Of a stretch of 64,000 bases of DNA, positions 29,683 to 39,872 are shown piece by piece. A program made the position numbers and the translations under genes. The stretch spans positions 5,312,001 to 5,376,000 of the forward strand of contig OZ251539.1 in NCBI GenBank assembly GCA_965243135.1, read 5' to 3'. The notes beneath the pieces were generated by a model, which saw nothing but the letters and a program-made list of their open reading frames with translations, did no database searches and had not been told where the DNA came from. This stretch comes from Alphaproteobacteria bacterium (GTDB taxonomy: Bacteria; Pseudomonadota; Alphaproteobacteria; MPNO01; UBA830). Position 1 is the stretch's first letter. Every line of letters begins with the position of its first letter.

Positions 29683-31782
29683 TTGACCGAAAGAGCAGAG
29701 GCCCTCGGCCTTCTCAGAACGATGACGAATGATCCGGCCGCCGATTTTCGGCGCGGCCAGTGGGAAGCCATCGATGCCCTCGTGAACCGAAGGGAGCGTC
29801 TGCTTGTCGTGCAGCGCACCGGGTGGGGCAAGAGTTGCGTCTACTTTATCGCCACGCGCATCCTTCGCGGCAACGGATACGGACCGACGCTGATCGTTTC
29901 CCCGCTCCTTGCCCTTATGCGGAACCAGATCGAGGCTGCCGAGCGGTTGGGAATCCGCGCAAGGACGATTAATTCGACGAACCGGGAAGAATGGCCGGAA
30001 CTGCAGCGCACCGTATGGGCGCAAGAGGTCGACGCCCTCCTGATTTCGCCCGAGCGGCTGGCGAACGACGATTTCATGGAAAACGTCCTGTCGCCGATCG
30101 CCGGGCGAATCGGTTTGTTGGTGGTGGACGAGGCGCACTGCATTTCCGATTGGGGCCACGACTTCCGGCCCGACTATCGCCGTCTGGTGAACGTCCTGCA
30201 GCGAATGCCCGGCAACATGCCGATAGTCGGCACCACGGCGACCGCGAACGATCGCGTCGTAGAAGACGTACGGAGCCAACTTGGCGATATCGGCATCCAG
30301 CGCGGAACCCTGATGCGTCGAACCCTGGCCCTGCAGACCCTGCGATTGCCGTCGCAGGCGGCGCGCCTGGCATGGCTGGCCAAGAACGTCGATTCGCTGC
30401 CCGGCACCGGGATCGTCTATGCGCTCACCAAGCGCGACGCGGATCAGGTCGCCGACTGGCTTCTGGAACATCGCATACCGGCTGCGGCATACTATAGCGG
30501 CGTCAACAGGGGCGGCTTCCGTGATTCCGACGATTGCCGCCGGCATCTCGAAGGGCGATTGTTGCGAAACGAGATAAAGGCGCTGGTCGCGACCACGGCT
30601 CTCGGCATGGGGTACGACAAGCCGGATCTCGGTTTCGTCGTCCATTACCAGGCGCCGGGTTCCATCGTCGCGTATTACCAGCAGGTCGGTCGCGCTGGCC
30701 GAGGCATTGACTACGCCGCCGGAATTTTGATGTCCGGCGCCGAGGACGAAAACATCCATGAGTACTTCAGAAGAACGGCCTTTCCCAAGGAGCAATGGGT
30801 GACTGCGATACTGAAATCTTTGGAAGAAAGCGACGGCATGAACATCTTTCAACTCGAAGAGGCGGTTAACCTGAGACGCGGCCAGATCGACCAGGCGCTC
30901 AAGTTTCTGTCCGTCGAAAATCCGTCTCCCGTATTGAAATCCGGAAGCAGATGGCTCCGCACTCCCGTGCCGTACGGGATGGATCGCGAAAAGATCCGGC
31001 GGCTGACCGGACAACGCGAGACCGAATGGCGGCAGGTCCAGGATTATATCGGCGAAGAGGGTTGCCTGATGGAGTTCCTTGCGAGGGCGCTTGACGATGC
31101 CGATCCCCGGCCGTGCGGGAAATGCGCCTCGTGCCTCGGCCGTCCGATCGTGGACATGTCCTTCGCGAATGAAGCCGCGATGGCCGCCGCTCGTTTCCTT
31201 CGAAAGTCCGAACTGGCGCTGAACGCGAACAAGCGGATCCCGCAAGGCGCGTTCGCCGAATACGGCTTTCAAGGAAACCTTCCTCTTGCGCTTCGCGCCG
31301 GGACCGGACGGATCCTCTCTCGATGGGGCGATGCCGGTTGGGGGCGGCAGGTCGCCGAAGACAAGAACGCCGGCGGCTTTCGCGACGCTCTTGTCGATGC
31401 GGTCGTGGAGATGTTGAACGAACGGTGGCGGCCGTCGCCGGCGCCGCGGTGGGTGACCTGCGTTCCCTCCATAAATCGTCCCGACCTCGTTCCCGGCTAT
31501 GCCCGGCGGCTGGCTGACGCCTTGAGGCTGCCGTTCGAGCCGGTCGTGGCGAAGAACAGGGACAACGAACCGCAGAAAGAGCAGCAGAACGGATTTCATC
31601 AGTGCAGGAATCTGGATGGCGTATTCGCCGTCGAAGAACCTGTCCCTCCAGGCCCCGTTCTGCTGGTCGACGATGTCGTGGACTCGGGTTGGACATTGAC
31701 CGTTGTAGCTGCGCTTCTTCGAAACGCGGGCAGCGGGCCTGTCTGGCCCCTGGCTTTGGCCACTTCCGGCATGGGGGCATGA
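29683..31782 (+). CDS. RecQ-family helicase with C-terminal PRTase (ComF-like) domain
   Basis: QRTGWGKS, DEAHCISDWGHDFRP, YYQQVGRAGR, Zn motif C...CGKCASC, and LLVDDVVDSGWTL PRPP-binding loop. Start uncertain. Confidence 0.9.
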   Translation: MTERAEALGLLRTMTNDPAADFRRGQWEAIDALVNRRERLLVVQRTGWGKSCVYFIATRILRGNGYGPTLIVSPLLALMRNQIEAAERLGIRARTINSTNREEWPELQRTVWAQEVDALLISPERLANDDFMENVLSPIAGRIGLLVVDEAHCISDWGHDFRPDYRRLVNVLQRMPGNMPIVGTTATANDRVVEDVRSQLGDIGIQRGTLMRRTLALQTLRLPSQAARLAWLAKNVDSLPGTGIVYALTKRDADQVADWLLEHRIPAAAYYSGVNRGGFRDSDDCRRHLEGRLLRNEIKALVATTALGMGYDKPDLGFVVHYQAPGSIVAYYQQVGRAGRGIDYAAGILMSGAEDENIHEYFRRTAFPKEQWVTAILKSLEESDGMNIFQLEEAVNLRRGQIDQALKFLSVENPSPVLKSGSRWLRTPVPYGMDREKIRRLTGQRETEWRQVQDYIGEEGCLMEFLARALDDADPRPCGKCASCLGRPIVDMSFANEAAMAAARFLRKSELALNANKRIPQGAFAEYGFQGNLPLALRAGTGRILSRWGDAGWGRQVAEDKNAGGFRDALVDAVVEMLNERWRPSPAPRWVTCVPSINRPDLVPGYARRLADALRLPFEPVVAKNRDNEPQKEQQNGFHQCRNLDGVFAVEEPVPPGPVLLVDDVVDSGWTLTVVAALLRNAGSGPVWPLALATSGMGA

Positions 31783-31783
31783 A

Positions 31784-33583
31784 ATGAATTTGCCCCCCCG
31801 GTCCCAGGCGATAATGCTTCTTACCGTTTCCTTCGGAAAATCCGACGCCGCCGGAGCGAAGCCGCTTTCGACGAAGGAATGGGCGCGTTTTGCCGCTTGG
31901 ATGAAGGATCTCGGCCTTGATCCCTCCGCGTTGTTGAAGGGCGATTTGAATGACAGGCTCTCCGGATGGGAGGATCGGTCGATAACGCTGCCCCGGATCG
32001 AAAGACTCTTGGATCGCGGGGCGGCGCTCGGCTTCGCGCTCGAAAAATGGCAGCGGGCCGGGTTATGGTCGATTACCCGTTCGGATCCGGAGTATCCCAA
32101 GCGATTGAAGCGCAAGCTGCGGTTGGAGTCGCCGCCGGTGTTGTTCGGGTGCGGCAACAAGATGCTTCTTGATCGAGGCGGCATAGCGGTCGTCGGCTCG
32201 CGGGATGCCGAACCCGACGACGTTGCCTTTGCCGAGAGGCTTGCGGAGGCCGCCGCAATGCAGGGATACTCGGTCGTTTCGGGCGGGGCTCGGGGGATCG
32301 ACCAGCGTTCGATGCTGGGCGCGCTCCGCAAAGAGGGCACCGCTGTCGGGATTCTGGCGGACAGCTTGTTGCGCGAAGCGACCTCCGCGAAATATCGCGA
32401 CTACATTCTCTCCGGCGATCTGACGCTGATGACGCCTTTCAATCCGGAGGCGGGTTTCCAGGTCGGCAATGCGATGTCCAGAAACCGCTACATCTATTGC
32501 CTGTCCGAAGCGGCAGTAGCGGTGAGCAGTACGCGGGATAAGGGAGGAACGTGGAACGGCGCTTTGGAGAACCTGAAGTTCGCGTGGGTGCCGCTCTGGG
32601 TCAAATGGACGGCGAACCCGGAAGCGGGCAATGCAGGTCTTGTCCAAAAAGGGGCTCGTTGGTTGCCGGACGACTTGAATTCGCTCGAGTCCCTGTCGCG
32701 CGACGCGACGGTCGAGGCGGCTGACGAAGCCAGCCGTCCCTTGCCCGAGGCCGAGCGTCCGGCAACGACCGAACCCGGAGCGGAAAGCCGCGCCGACCCG
32801 GAAATCGAAACCTCCGGCAAGCGCCCGAAGTCGACTCCCGAGACTGTCGACGAAAATGCTCCTGGCGTTTCGGATTTCTACGCCATGTTTCTTGACCGAA
32901 TGCGCGGCGTTACGGCCGACGGTCCTATGAAGGCCGATGAAATCGCGTCGCGTTTGGAATTGCAGAAAGCGCAAGCGAGCGTATGGCTGAAGCGGGGTTT
33001 GAGCGATGGAAGGATCGAGAAAACGGCCAAACCCGTGAGGTATCGGTCAACTGAAAACATGCGGCGACAGGCGTCCTCTCCCGAGACTGTCGGCGAAAAT
33101 GCCCCTGGCGTCTCGGATTTCTACGCCATGTTTCTTGACCGAATGCGCGGCGTCACGGCCGACGGTCCTATGAAGGCCGATGAAATCGCGTCGCGTTTGG
33201 AATTGCAGAAAGCGCAAGCGAGCGTTTGGCTGAAGCGGGGTTTGAGCGATGGAAGGATCGAGAAAACGGCCAAACCCGTAAGGTATCGGTCAACCGAAAA
33301 CGTGCAACGACAGGCGTCCTTTCCCGAGACTGTCGGCGAAAACGCTCCCGGAACTTCGGATTTCTACGCCATGTTTCTTGACCGAATGCGCGGCATCACG
33401 GCCGATGGTCCGATGAAGACCGATGAAATCGCGTCGCGTTTGGAATTGCAGAAAGCGCAGGCGAGCGTTTGGCTGAAGCGAGGTTTGAGCGATGGAAGGA
33501 TCGAGAAAACGGCCAAACCCGTAAGGTATCGGTCAACCGAAAACGTGCGGCGACAGGCGTCCTTGTTTTCTGGCAACGACTGA
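31784..33583 (+). CDS. dprA: DprA/Smf-family protein with three tandem C-terminal wHTH repeats
   Basis: YPKRL...PPVLF..G, AVVGSR, VSGGARGID, RNRYIY, GGTW. Confidence 0.85.
   Translation: MNLPPRSQAIMLLTVSFGKSDAAGAKPLSTKEWARFAAWMKDLGLDPSALLKGDLNDRLSGWEDRSITLPRIERLLDRGAALGFALEKWQRAGLWSITRSDPEYPKRLKRKLRLESPPVLFGCGNKMLLDRGGIAVVGSRDAEPDDVAFAERLAEAAAMQGYSVVSGGARGIDQRSMLGALRKEGTAVGILADSLLREATSAKYRDYILSGDLTLMTPFNPEAGFQVGNAMSRNRYIYCLSEAAVAVSSTRDKGGTWNGALENLKFAWVPLWVKWTANPEAGNAGLVQKGARWLPDDLNSLESLSRDATVEAADEASRPLPEAERPATTEPGAESRADPEIETSGKRPKSTPETVDENAPGVSDFYAMFLDRMRGVTADGPMKADEIASRLELQKAQASVWLKRGLSDGRIEKTAKPVRYRSTENMRRQASSPETVGENAPGVSDFYAMFLDRMRGVTADGPMKADEIASRLELQKAQASVWLKRGLSDGRIEKTAKPVRYRSTENVQRQASFPETVGENAPGTSDFYAMFLDRMRGITADGPMKTDEIASRLELQKAQASVWLKRGLSDGRIEKTAKPVRYRSTENVRRQASLFSGND
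32836..33564 (+). repeat. 3 x 243-bp in-frame tandem repeat (81 aa each)
   Basis: Units start TCCCGAGACTGTC at 32836, 33079 and 33322 and are near identical. Confidence 0.95.
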
Positions 33584-33832
33584 ACGGCTTCGTTCGCCGG
33601 CCTGAATTTCCTCTTCCTTTTGCCGGCGCAGGATCGATCGAGGGCGCGATATGTCTGGAAGCCGTGGGTCGCGGTCGGTCGGGCAGCTGTTTGCGGACAT
33701 GCCCCGAAACCGCTGCGCCGGTTTTACGCCGCGCATCGCAGTCTCGCCGAACGGCGAAGGACGGATCGGCGTCGCGAAGCGCTCCCGACGCGGCGCCGAA
33801 TCGCCTGGCGTCGCGGACGAAGCAAGCGGCCT

Positions 33833-34756
33833 TCAGCGGATCTCGAAAACCAGCTTGCCGCGCAAATGCCTGCCCTCGCTGACTTCGTGCGCCGCCGCCG
33901 CGTCCGCAAGGCGAAACAGGCGGGTTTCCGGCGCGGTCACCGCGCCGGACCGCGCCAGTTCGACGATGCGTTCGAGATGCGGCCGGTCGCGGCCGACCCG
34001 AGGGCGGAGCGACTGAACGTCGGGGCGGGGCGGAACGGGAGCTTTCGGCCCCGATGCGATGAACGCCGCCCGGCCGCCCGGCTTCAGCACGGAGAAGGAG
34101 CGCATCGCGACCTCGCCGCCGACGGTTTCGAACACGGCGTCGACGCCGGATACGGCTTCGGCGAAGTCGGTCTCGTTGTAATCGATGATCTCGTCGGCGC
34201 CGAGGCTGCGGACGTATTCGTGATTCCGGGCGCTTGCGGTCGTGATCACGTGGGCGCCGATATGCTTCGCGAGCTGTATCGCGAATCCCGCGACGCCGCC
34301 GGCGCCGCCCTGGATCAGGATGGTTTCGCCGGGCTTCAGTTTCAGCGTGTCTTCTACGGACACGAGCGCCGTGAGACCGATCAGGGAAAGGGCGGATGCG
34401 TCCGCGTGCGACATCCAGTCGGGCTTTCGGGCGACCAGAGACGCCTTCATGGCGATCTTCTCGGCATACGTTCCTTCCTGTCCGACCTCGCACACGCCGA
34501 ACACCGGGTCGCCGACCGCGAACTCGTCCGCGCCCGCTCCGATCTCGCCGACGACGCCTGAAAAATCGCGGCCGCATACGTAGGGAAAATCGGCGATCGC
34601 GCTGTAGGCGCCGGCCCGCACCTTCCAGTCCGCGCCGTTGACGCTGGCGGCGTGGATGTCGACGACGACCTCCCCGGATCCGGCAACCGGATCCGGCAGG
34701 TCGCCGTAGGTCAATACCTCCGGACCGCCGTGCCGTTCGAAATAAGCAGCCTTCAT
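33833..34756 (-). CDS. NADP-dependent quinone oxidoreductase (MDR family)
   Basis: AASVNGADWK, GRDFSG, GGAGGVAG, GKLV. Confidence 0.9.
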   Translation of the reverse strand: MKAAYFERHGGPEVLTYGDLPDPVAGSGEVVVDIHAASVNGADWKVRAGAYSAIADFPYVCGRDFSGVVGEIGAGADEFAVGDPVFGVCEVGQEGTYAEKIAMKASLVARKPDWMSHADASALSLIGLTALVSVEDTLKLKPGETILIQGGAGGVAGFAIQLAKHIGAHVITTASARNHEYVRSLGADEIIDYNETDFAEAVSGVDAVFETVGGEVAMRSFSVLKPGGRAAFIASGPKAPVPPRPDVQSLRPRVGRDRPHLERIVELARSGAVTAPETRLFRLADAAAAHEVSEGRHLRGKLVFEIR

Positions 34757-34959
34757 CGTTTCGTTCCCTCGCGCGCACCGTCAGCGCGGATTATGGCCGC
34801 TCGCTCCGCCGCGTTCAACGCAGGCCGGGACCTCGGCAGGAACGTTCCGCGCCAATTTTGCGTTGAATCTCCGGATTTTTTTCATCGCGCCGAATTTCTC
34901 CGGCTTTCGCGAGCCGATTCGGTTGTCCGCAGGCCATGCCTTCGGACGGGAGCCCCGTC

Positions 34960-35087
34960 ATGGACCTTGAGGCTCTTTCGCTCGAAGAGGCGGAAGTCCG
35001 CCGCGCTCGACCGGACGAACGCGATGCTTTCGTTCGACGGAACCACTGCTTGGGGTTCGAGCGTTTCGCCGGCCACGGCTTGCGCCG
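34960..35087 (+). pseudogene. DUF4338-type 5' fragment
   Basis: EVRRARPDERDAFVRRNHCLGFERFAGHGLR parallels the HHYLG region of the other copies. Confidence 0.5.
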
Positions 35088-35170
35088 CCGGCCGACCCAT
35101 GCTGCCCTCCCGACGGAGATTGCCGATTGCCTGCCTCGTGTTGGGGGACGCGCCGACAGCGTACGCACGG

Positions 35171-35569
35171 TCAAGCCTGCGCGTCGCCCTTGTAGCTGGT
35201 CAGGTTGATGATTTCGAGCACGTTGCCGTCAGGGTCGCGGAAATAGGCGCGGGGACCGTTGACGGCGCCGCCCTGACGATCCTCCTCGAAGAAGACGTCG
35301 ACGCCCTTTTCCTCGAGGAACGCCTTCGCTTCCTCGTAGTCGTCCGCGTCGACGACGAACGCGTGATGCAGATCGTGGTCTTGCGGATCGATCCTCGCGC
35401 TCGATTTCGCGAGGATCACGCAGTCGCCGCCCGTGTCGAGAAAGACCATTCCCCGCTGGTGGTTCACCTGGATCGGACGCATGCCGAGAATTTCCGCGTA
35501 GAAGGCCATGCTCCGCCGGGTGTCCGTGACCGGTATGGTGAAATGGGCGACTCCCTTCGTCCGGATCAT
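35171..35569 (-). CDS. VOC/glyoxalase family protein
   Basis: HFTIPV, HHAF, YFRDPDGNVLEI; GAGGAGG RBS. Confidence 0.88.
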   Translation of the reverse strand: MIRTKGVAHFTIPVTDTRRSMAFYAEILGMRPIQVNHQRGMVFLDTGGDCVILAKSSARIDPQDHDLHHAFVVDADDYEEAKAFLEEKGVDVFFEEDRQGGAVNGPRAYFRDPDGNVLEIINLTSYKGDAQA

Positions 35570-35765
35570 GGGCTGCCTCCTCGCGCGGGCGGAACTCCGC
35601 CGTTCGCCGCTTCGACGGAACGATAGCGGTTTCGGAACCGTATCGCGAACCGCCGGTCGGGACCGCCGAACGAATTGGCGGCGAGACCGGAAGACAACCG
35701 GGCTGCGAAACGCTAGATTCGGAAGCGCACCGAACTGCGTTGCACGACAACAAGGAGCAAGGATC

Positions 35766-36164
35766 ATGCCGGATACCCATGCCAGACAGAAGATCGCCCA
35801 TGCGTCCATCAAAACCGCCCCGGAGGTCGGCGGACGGCGCGATTTCTTCGTGTACCGGGATCTCGGAGTCACGGAGGCGAGCCTCGGCAAGTTGCGCGCC
35901 CAGACGGTCACGGCCGTTCGCGGCATGACCGAACCCACCGGCTGGCACTATCATGTCTGCGAGGGCCAGTTCGTTTACGGTCTCAAGGGCTGGGTCGACC
36001 TCGAATTCGAAACCGGCGAGAAGATCCGGGTCGGGCAGGGAGAGTCGCTGTTCATCCCGGGCGGCATGCGCCACAACGAGACCGCGGCGTCGGACGACCT
36101 CGAAATTCTGGAATTGTCCGTTCCGGCGGACATGGGCACGGTCGCCTGCGACCCGCCGGCCTGA
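35766..36164 (+). CDS. Cupin domain protein
   Basis: GWHYH...Q, IPGGMRHNE; AAGGAG upstream. Confidence 0.85.
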   Translation: MPDTHARQKIAHASIKTAPEVGGRRDFFVYRDLGVTEASLGKLRAQTVTAVRGMTEPTGWHYHVCEGQFVYGLKGWVDLEFETGEKIRVGQGESLFIPGGMRHNETAASDDLEILELSVPADMGTVACDPPA

Positions 36165-36274
36165 CGTCCGGCGCGCAACGGTGACGGGCGCGCCGCGAAG
36201 CTCCGAGGGTTTTGCCGACCTCGGACGCGCCGCGGGCCGCTGACATTCGCGCGCAGTGCGCCCCGGACAGCCGA

Positions 36275-37645
36275 ATGGATTTCGACGTTGCGGTCGTAGG
36301 AGCCGGCTTCGCCGGTCTCACGGTAGCGAATCGGGTCGCCGAACGCGGGCTGACGCCGCTGGTCGTGGAAGCCGGCGACGCCGAGCTTTACATGTGCAAT
36401 TCGCGCGTTTGCACCGGCGCTCTTCACGTCGCGTTTCGGAATCCCGAGGATCCCGCCGACGAATTGTTCGAGGCCATCGTTTCCGCGAGCGGCGGAACCG
36501 CCCGGCGCGACCTCGCCCGCGCCCTCGCCGACCGCGCGGGCCCGGCCATGGACTGGTTGCGCGGCCATGGCTGCCGTTTCGTTCAGCATCCGGGCCGGGC
36601 CTACGCTCTGCCGATGATGGCGCCGGCCCGGGCGCTTCGGGCAGGACTCGACTGGGAGAACAGCGGACCCAATCTGTTTCTGAGATCGCTCGCCGAGAAG
36701 CTGGAGAAGCGGGGCGGACGCATCGTGCGCGGAACGAGGGCCGCCGGCATCAGAATGGAAGGCGGCCGGGCGGCCGGCGTCGCGGCGCCCGGCGTGAAGG
36801 GATCCGCGCGCGCCGTGGCGATCGCCGACGGCGGATTTCAGGCCGACCGCCGTCTGCTTTCCCGGCATATCACGCGAAGGCCGCAGGATCTCCATCAGAG
36901 AAACATGCGGACCGGCCGCGGCGACGGCCTACGCATGGCGGTCGAGGCCGGCGCCGCGACGACGGGGCTCGACAGCTTCTACGGCCATGTTCTCAGCAGG
37001 GACGCCTTCGGCAACGAGGCTCTTTGGCCCTATCCGCAAGTCGACGTGATATGCGCGAGCGGAATAGCGGTAACCCCGGACGGCCTCCGTTTCGCCGACG
37101 AAGGGCTTGGCGGCATCTATCTGTCCAACGCCATCGCCGGTCTCGACGACCCGTTGTCGGCGACCGCGATAATCGACGCTCGGGCATGGGAAGAGGCGCG
37201 CAGCTCCGACATCGTGCCGCCCAACCCGTCCCTTCCCGAAAACGGCGGCACCGTTTTCGAAGCGGGCAGTCTGGAGGAGCTGGCCGCGAAAGCCGGGATC
37301 GACGCAGCCGGCCTCGCCGGGACCGTCGCGGAATGCAACCGATGCATCCGGGACGGCGGCGCCCTGCAGCCGCGGAAAACGGCGGCGCGCCCGATCGAGT
37401 CGGCGCCCTTTTTCGCGATTCCGTTGTGCGCCGGTATCACGGTCACGTCGGGCGGCATCGCCGTTGACGGGTGCGGCCGCGTGCTCGACGGGAACGACGC
37501 CCCGATGCCCGGCCTGTTCGCCGCCGGTTCCGCGGTCGGCGGCCTCGAAGGCGGTCCGGCGGCAGGTTACGTGGGCGGATTGATTAAAGCCTTCGGCATC
37601 GGGCTGATCGTCGGCGACGCGATCGCGGACGAACTCCGTGCGTAA
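36275..37645 (+). CDS. FAD-dependent oxidoreductase (FAD_binding_2, TcuA/fumarate reductase-like)
   Basis: VVGAGFAG, ADGGF, GDGLRMA, GLFAAG. Confidence 0.85.
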   Translation: MDFDVAVVGAGFAGLTVANRVAERGLTPLVVEAGDAELYMCNSRVCTGALHVAFRNPEDPADELFEAIVSASGGTARRDLARALADRAGPAMDWLRGHGCRFVQHPGRAYALPMMAPARALRAGLDWENSGPNLFLRSLAEKLEKRGGRIVRGTRAAGIRMEGGRAAGVAAPGVKGSARAVAIADGGFQADRRLLSRHITRRPQDLHQRNMRTGRGDGLRMAVEAGAATTGLDSFYGHVLSRDAFGNEALWPYPQVDVICASGIAVTPDGLRFADEGLGGIYLSNAIAGLDDPLSATAIIDARAWEEARSSDIVPPNPSLPENGGTVFEAGSLEELAAKAGIDAAGLAGTVAECNRCIRDGGALQPRKTAARPIESAPFFAIPLCAGITVTSGGIAVDGCGRVLDGNDAPMPGLFAAGSAVGGLEGGPAAGYVGGLIKAFGIGLIVGDAIADELRA

Positions 37646-37720
37646 GGCCGCCGCGGACTCGTTCGCGCGCCGCCTCGGCGCATGCCCGCAGCCCGCGGAG
37701 CCGCCTCCCCAGGCGGCGCT

Positions 37721-38536
37721 TCAGCCTTCGCGATGGGCGTCGAGGAAATCGAGCAGGGCGGCGTTGAACGCTGCGGGCTTTTCGACGTTCGACAGATGGC
37801 CTGCGCCTTCGATCAGCACGAACTCGGATCCGACGATGCGGCGATGAAGATCGCGCCCGATTTCGGGCGGCGTCAGCCGATCGTGCTCGCCGTAGATCAG
37901 GAGCGTCGGCGCCGCGATCCGGTCGACCTCGGCGGAACGGTCGAAGGTCAGCGACGCTTCGATCGTTTTCAGGTAGGAGTCCGCGCGGAGGGCGGAAACG
38001 CTGTCGACCATCCTTCGCCTCGCGTCCTCGCTTGCGTCCGGAGCGATCAGGCCGTCGACGAGCGCGTCGGCGATGTCTTCCGGCCGCTTGCCCGCGAGCA
38101 GCGGTTCCTGCCGCAGCCGCACGAAGTCCGCGCGTTTTTCCGGCGTGAGCGTGACCGTAAAGTCCGGCATCGTGTCGCAGAGCGCGAGGGTCGACACCCG
38201 GTCGGGGAATCTGGCGTAGAAATCCTGGGCGATCCTTCCGCCCATCGACAGTCCGACGAGATGAGCCTTCCTTTCTCCGAAATGGTCCAGGACGCGCAAG
38301 ACGTCGTCGGCGAAATCGCCGAAGTCGAGCCGATCCGTGTAATCGTCGGAATCGCCGTAGCCGCGGGCGTCCCAGGCCGCTGCGTGGAACCCGGCGCTGC
38401 AGGCGTCGATCTGTTCCGTCCAGTTGCTCCGGTTGCCGCCGATGCCGTGCAGGAAGAGCACGAGCGGGCCGGTTCCGGCATGATCGACCGCGAGCCGCGG
38501 CGATCCCGGAACGAAGATCGTTTCGCGCTCCGTCAT
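37721..38536 (-). CDS. Alpha/beta hydrolase
   Basis: LHGIGG, GLSMGG, GEHD, AGHLSN. Confidence 0.9.
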   Translation of the reverse strand: MTERETIFVPGSPRLAVDHAGTGPLVLFLHGIGGNRSNWTEQIDACSAGFHAAAWDARGYGDSDDYTDRLDFGDFADDVLRVLDHFGERKAHLVGLSMGGRIAQDFYARFPDRVSTLALCDTMPDFTVTLTPEKRADFVRLRQEPLLAGKRPEDIADALVDGLIAPDASEDARRRMVDSVSALRADSYLKTIEASLTFDRSAEVDRIAAPTLLIYGEHDRLTPPEIGRDLHRRIVGSEFVLIEGAGHLSNVEKPAAFNAALLDFLDAHREG

Positions 38537-38755
38537 TGTGCGCTTCTCCTGCCCGAGTATGTTTGTAGACGTTTCTCGGTTGGTTGCGAAGGGGCGGTCG
38601 CGTCCGGCGGCGGCCGTTTCCCGATACCTTGAGCGGTAAGAAGAATCGTCCGGGTCGCGGCGACATCCGGGATCGCCGTTTCGCGACTGGATTTTCGTCG
38701 ATTGACGGCGATTCCCGTTCGTTCGCCCCTGATCGCCCGGGAAAGGAGGAATGCC

Positions 38756-39379
38756 GTGTCGCAGCGCGCGCATAACCAGGATCGATTGCGACGCGCCTAC
38801 AGTTGGCTGCATCGCAGCGAGAAAGCGGAGACCGACGACGAAAAGTTCATCTTTCTGTGGATCGCGTTCAACGCCGGGTACGGCGTCGAGTTGGCGGAGG
38901 ACGACGACGACGCGAACGAAAGCAGGAGGTTCAGGGATTTCCTTGGGGAGGTTCTGAACAGGGATCGGGAAGGCGTCATCGGCCGACTTCTTTGGGAGAC
39001 CTTTCCGGGGCCGATCCGCGTTCTGCTCGAAAACCGGTATGTGTTCGGACCCTTCTGGAAGTATGCCCGCGGCGCGATCCCGAATTGGCGGCCGCAATTC
39101 GAGAGCAAAAACCAACGAGTGCTCAGGTCCATGGAAACGGGTGATGCCCATAGCGTTCTCAGCGAGGTCTTCATGCGGTTGTACGTCTTGCGCAACCAGA
39201 TTTTTCATGGCGGCGCGACCTTCGCCGAGGGCTTGGGGCGGGACCAGATCAGGGACGGCAGCAACATCATGGCTTCCCTCGTTCCGGCGATCCTCGAAAT
39301 CATGGACAAGGACATTACGGAAAATCCGAATTCCGAAGTCTGGGGAAAAGTTTTCTACCCGCGTGTCGATATAGCGTGA
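38756..39379 (+). CDS. HEPN (Apea-like) domain protein, putative RNase
   Basis: FIFLWIAFNA and RNQIFHG (Rx4H); AGGAGG RBS. Confidence 0.82.
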   Translation: MSQRAHNQDRLRRAYSWLHRSEKAETDDEKFIFLWIAFNAGYGVELAEDDDDANESRRFRDFLGEVLNRDREGVIGRLLWETFPGPIRVLLENRYVFGPFWKYARGAIPNWRPQFESKNQRVLRSMETGDAHSVLSEVFMRLYVLRNQIFHGGATFAEGLGRDQIRDGSNIMASLVPAILEIMDKDITENPNSEVWGKVFYPRVDIA

Positions 39380-39872
39380 GGCGCGGGTCAGGCGCTTTCC
39401 GAAGCGAATCGCTTTCTTCGGGAACGACCCGCCCGCCGTCGTCGTACGGGACGGCGTAGGACCATGAACTCGGCGACGCGGCTTGCTGCGCGTTCACCCT
39501 CTGCAGGGCAACCCGATGAACGGCGCATCTCGCGCCGGTCGGCCCGTCGGACTCGATGGAGGGGCTACCGGGACGAGACGCCATCCTCGATTCAGTTCGC
39601 TTGCTGGGCGGCGCCGGCGAACCGTCCATTACGGTCCGGATTTCCCGGTTGCCCGGTCTACCCGGCGGCCACTGCAGGAAAGACGCCGTGCCCGGCGCAT
39701 GCATGGATGCGGCACGGACCGGCGCGGGGAAAGTCCGCCGATGCCTCGGCAGGATCGTCCGCTACGCCCGCGACTCCATCCAGACCGCCGCCGCCCGCAT
39801 CGCCGGGAGTCGGGCGGCGACAAGGCCCCACCAGGGGTTGATGGTGCGCCGTCGTTATGGGAATATGTCGTG

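Noticed and set aside
39380-39860. Coding-like degraded sequence between the HEPN gene and vapB
   Set aside because: Probably a pseudogene, but no family could be recognised.
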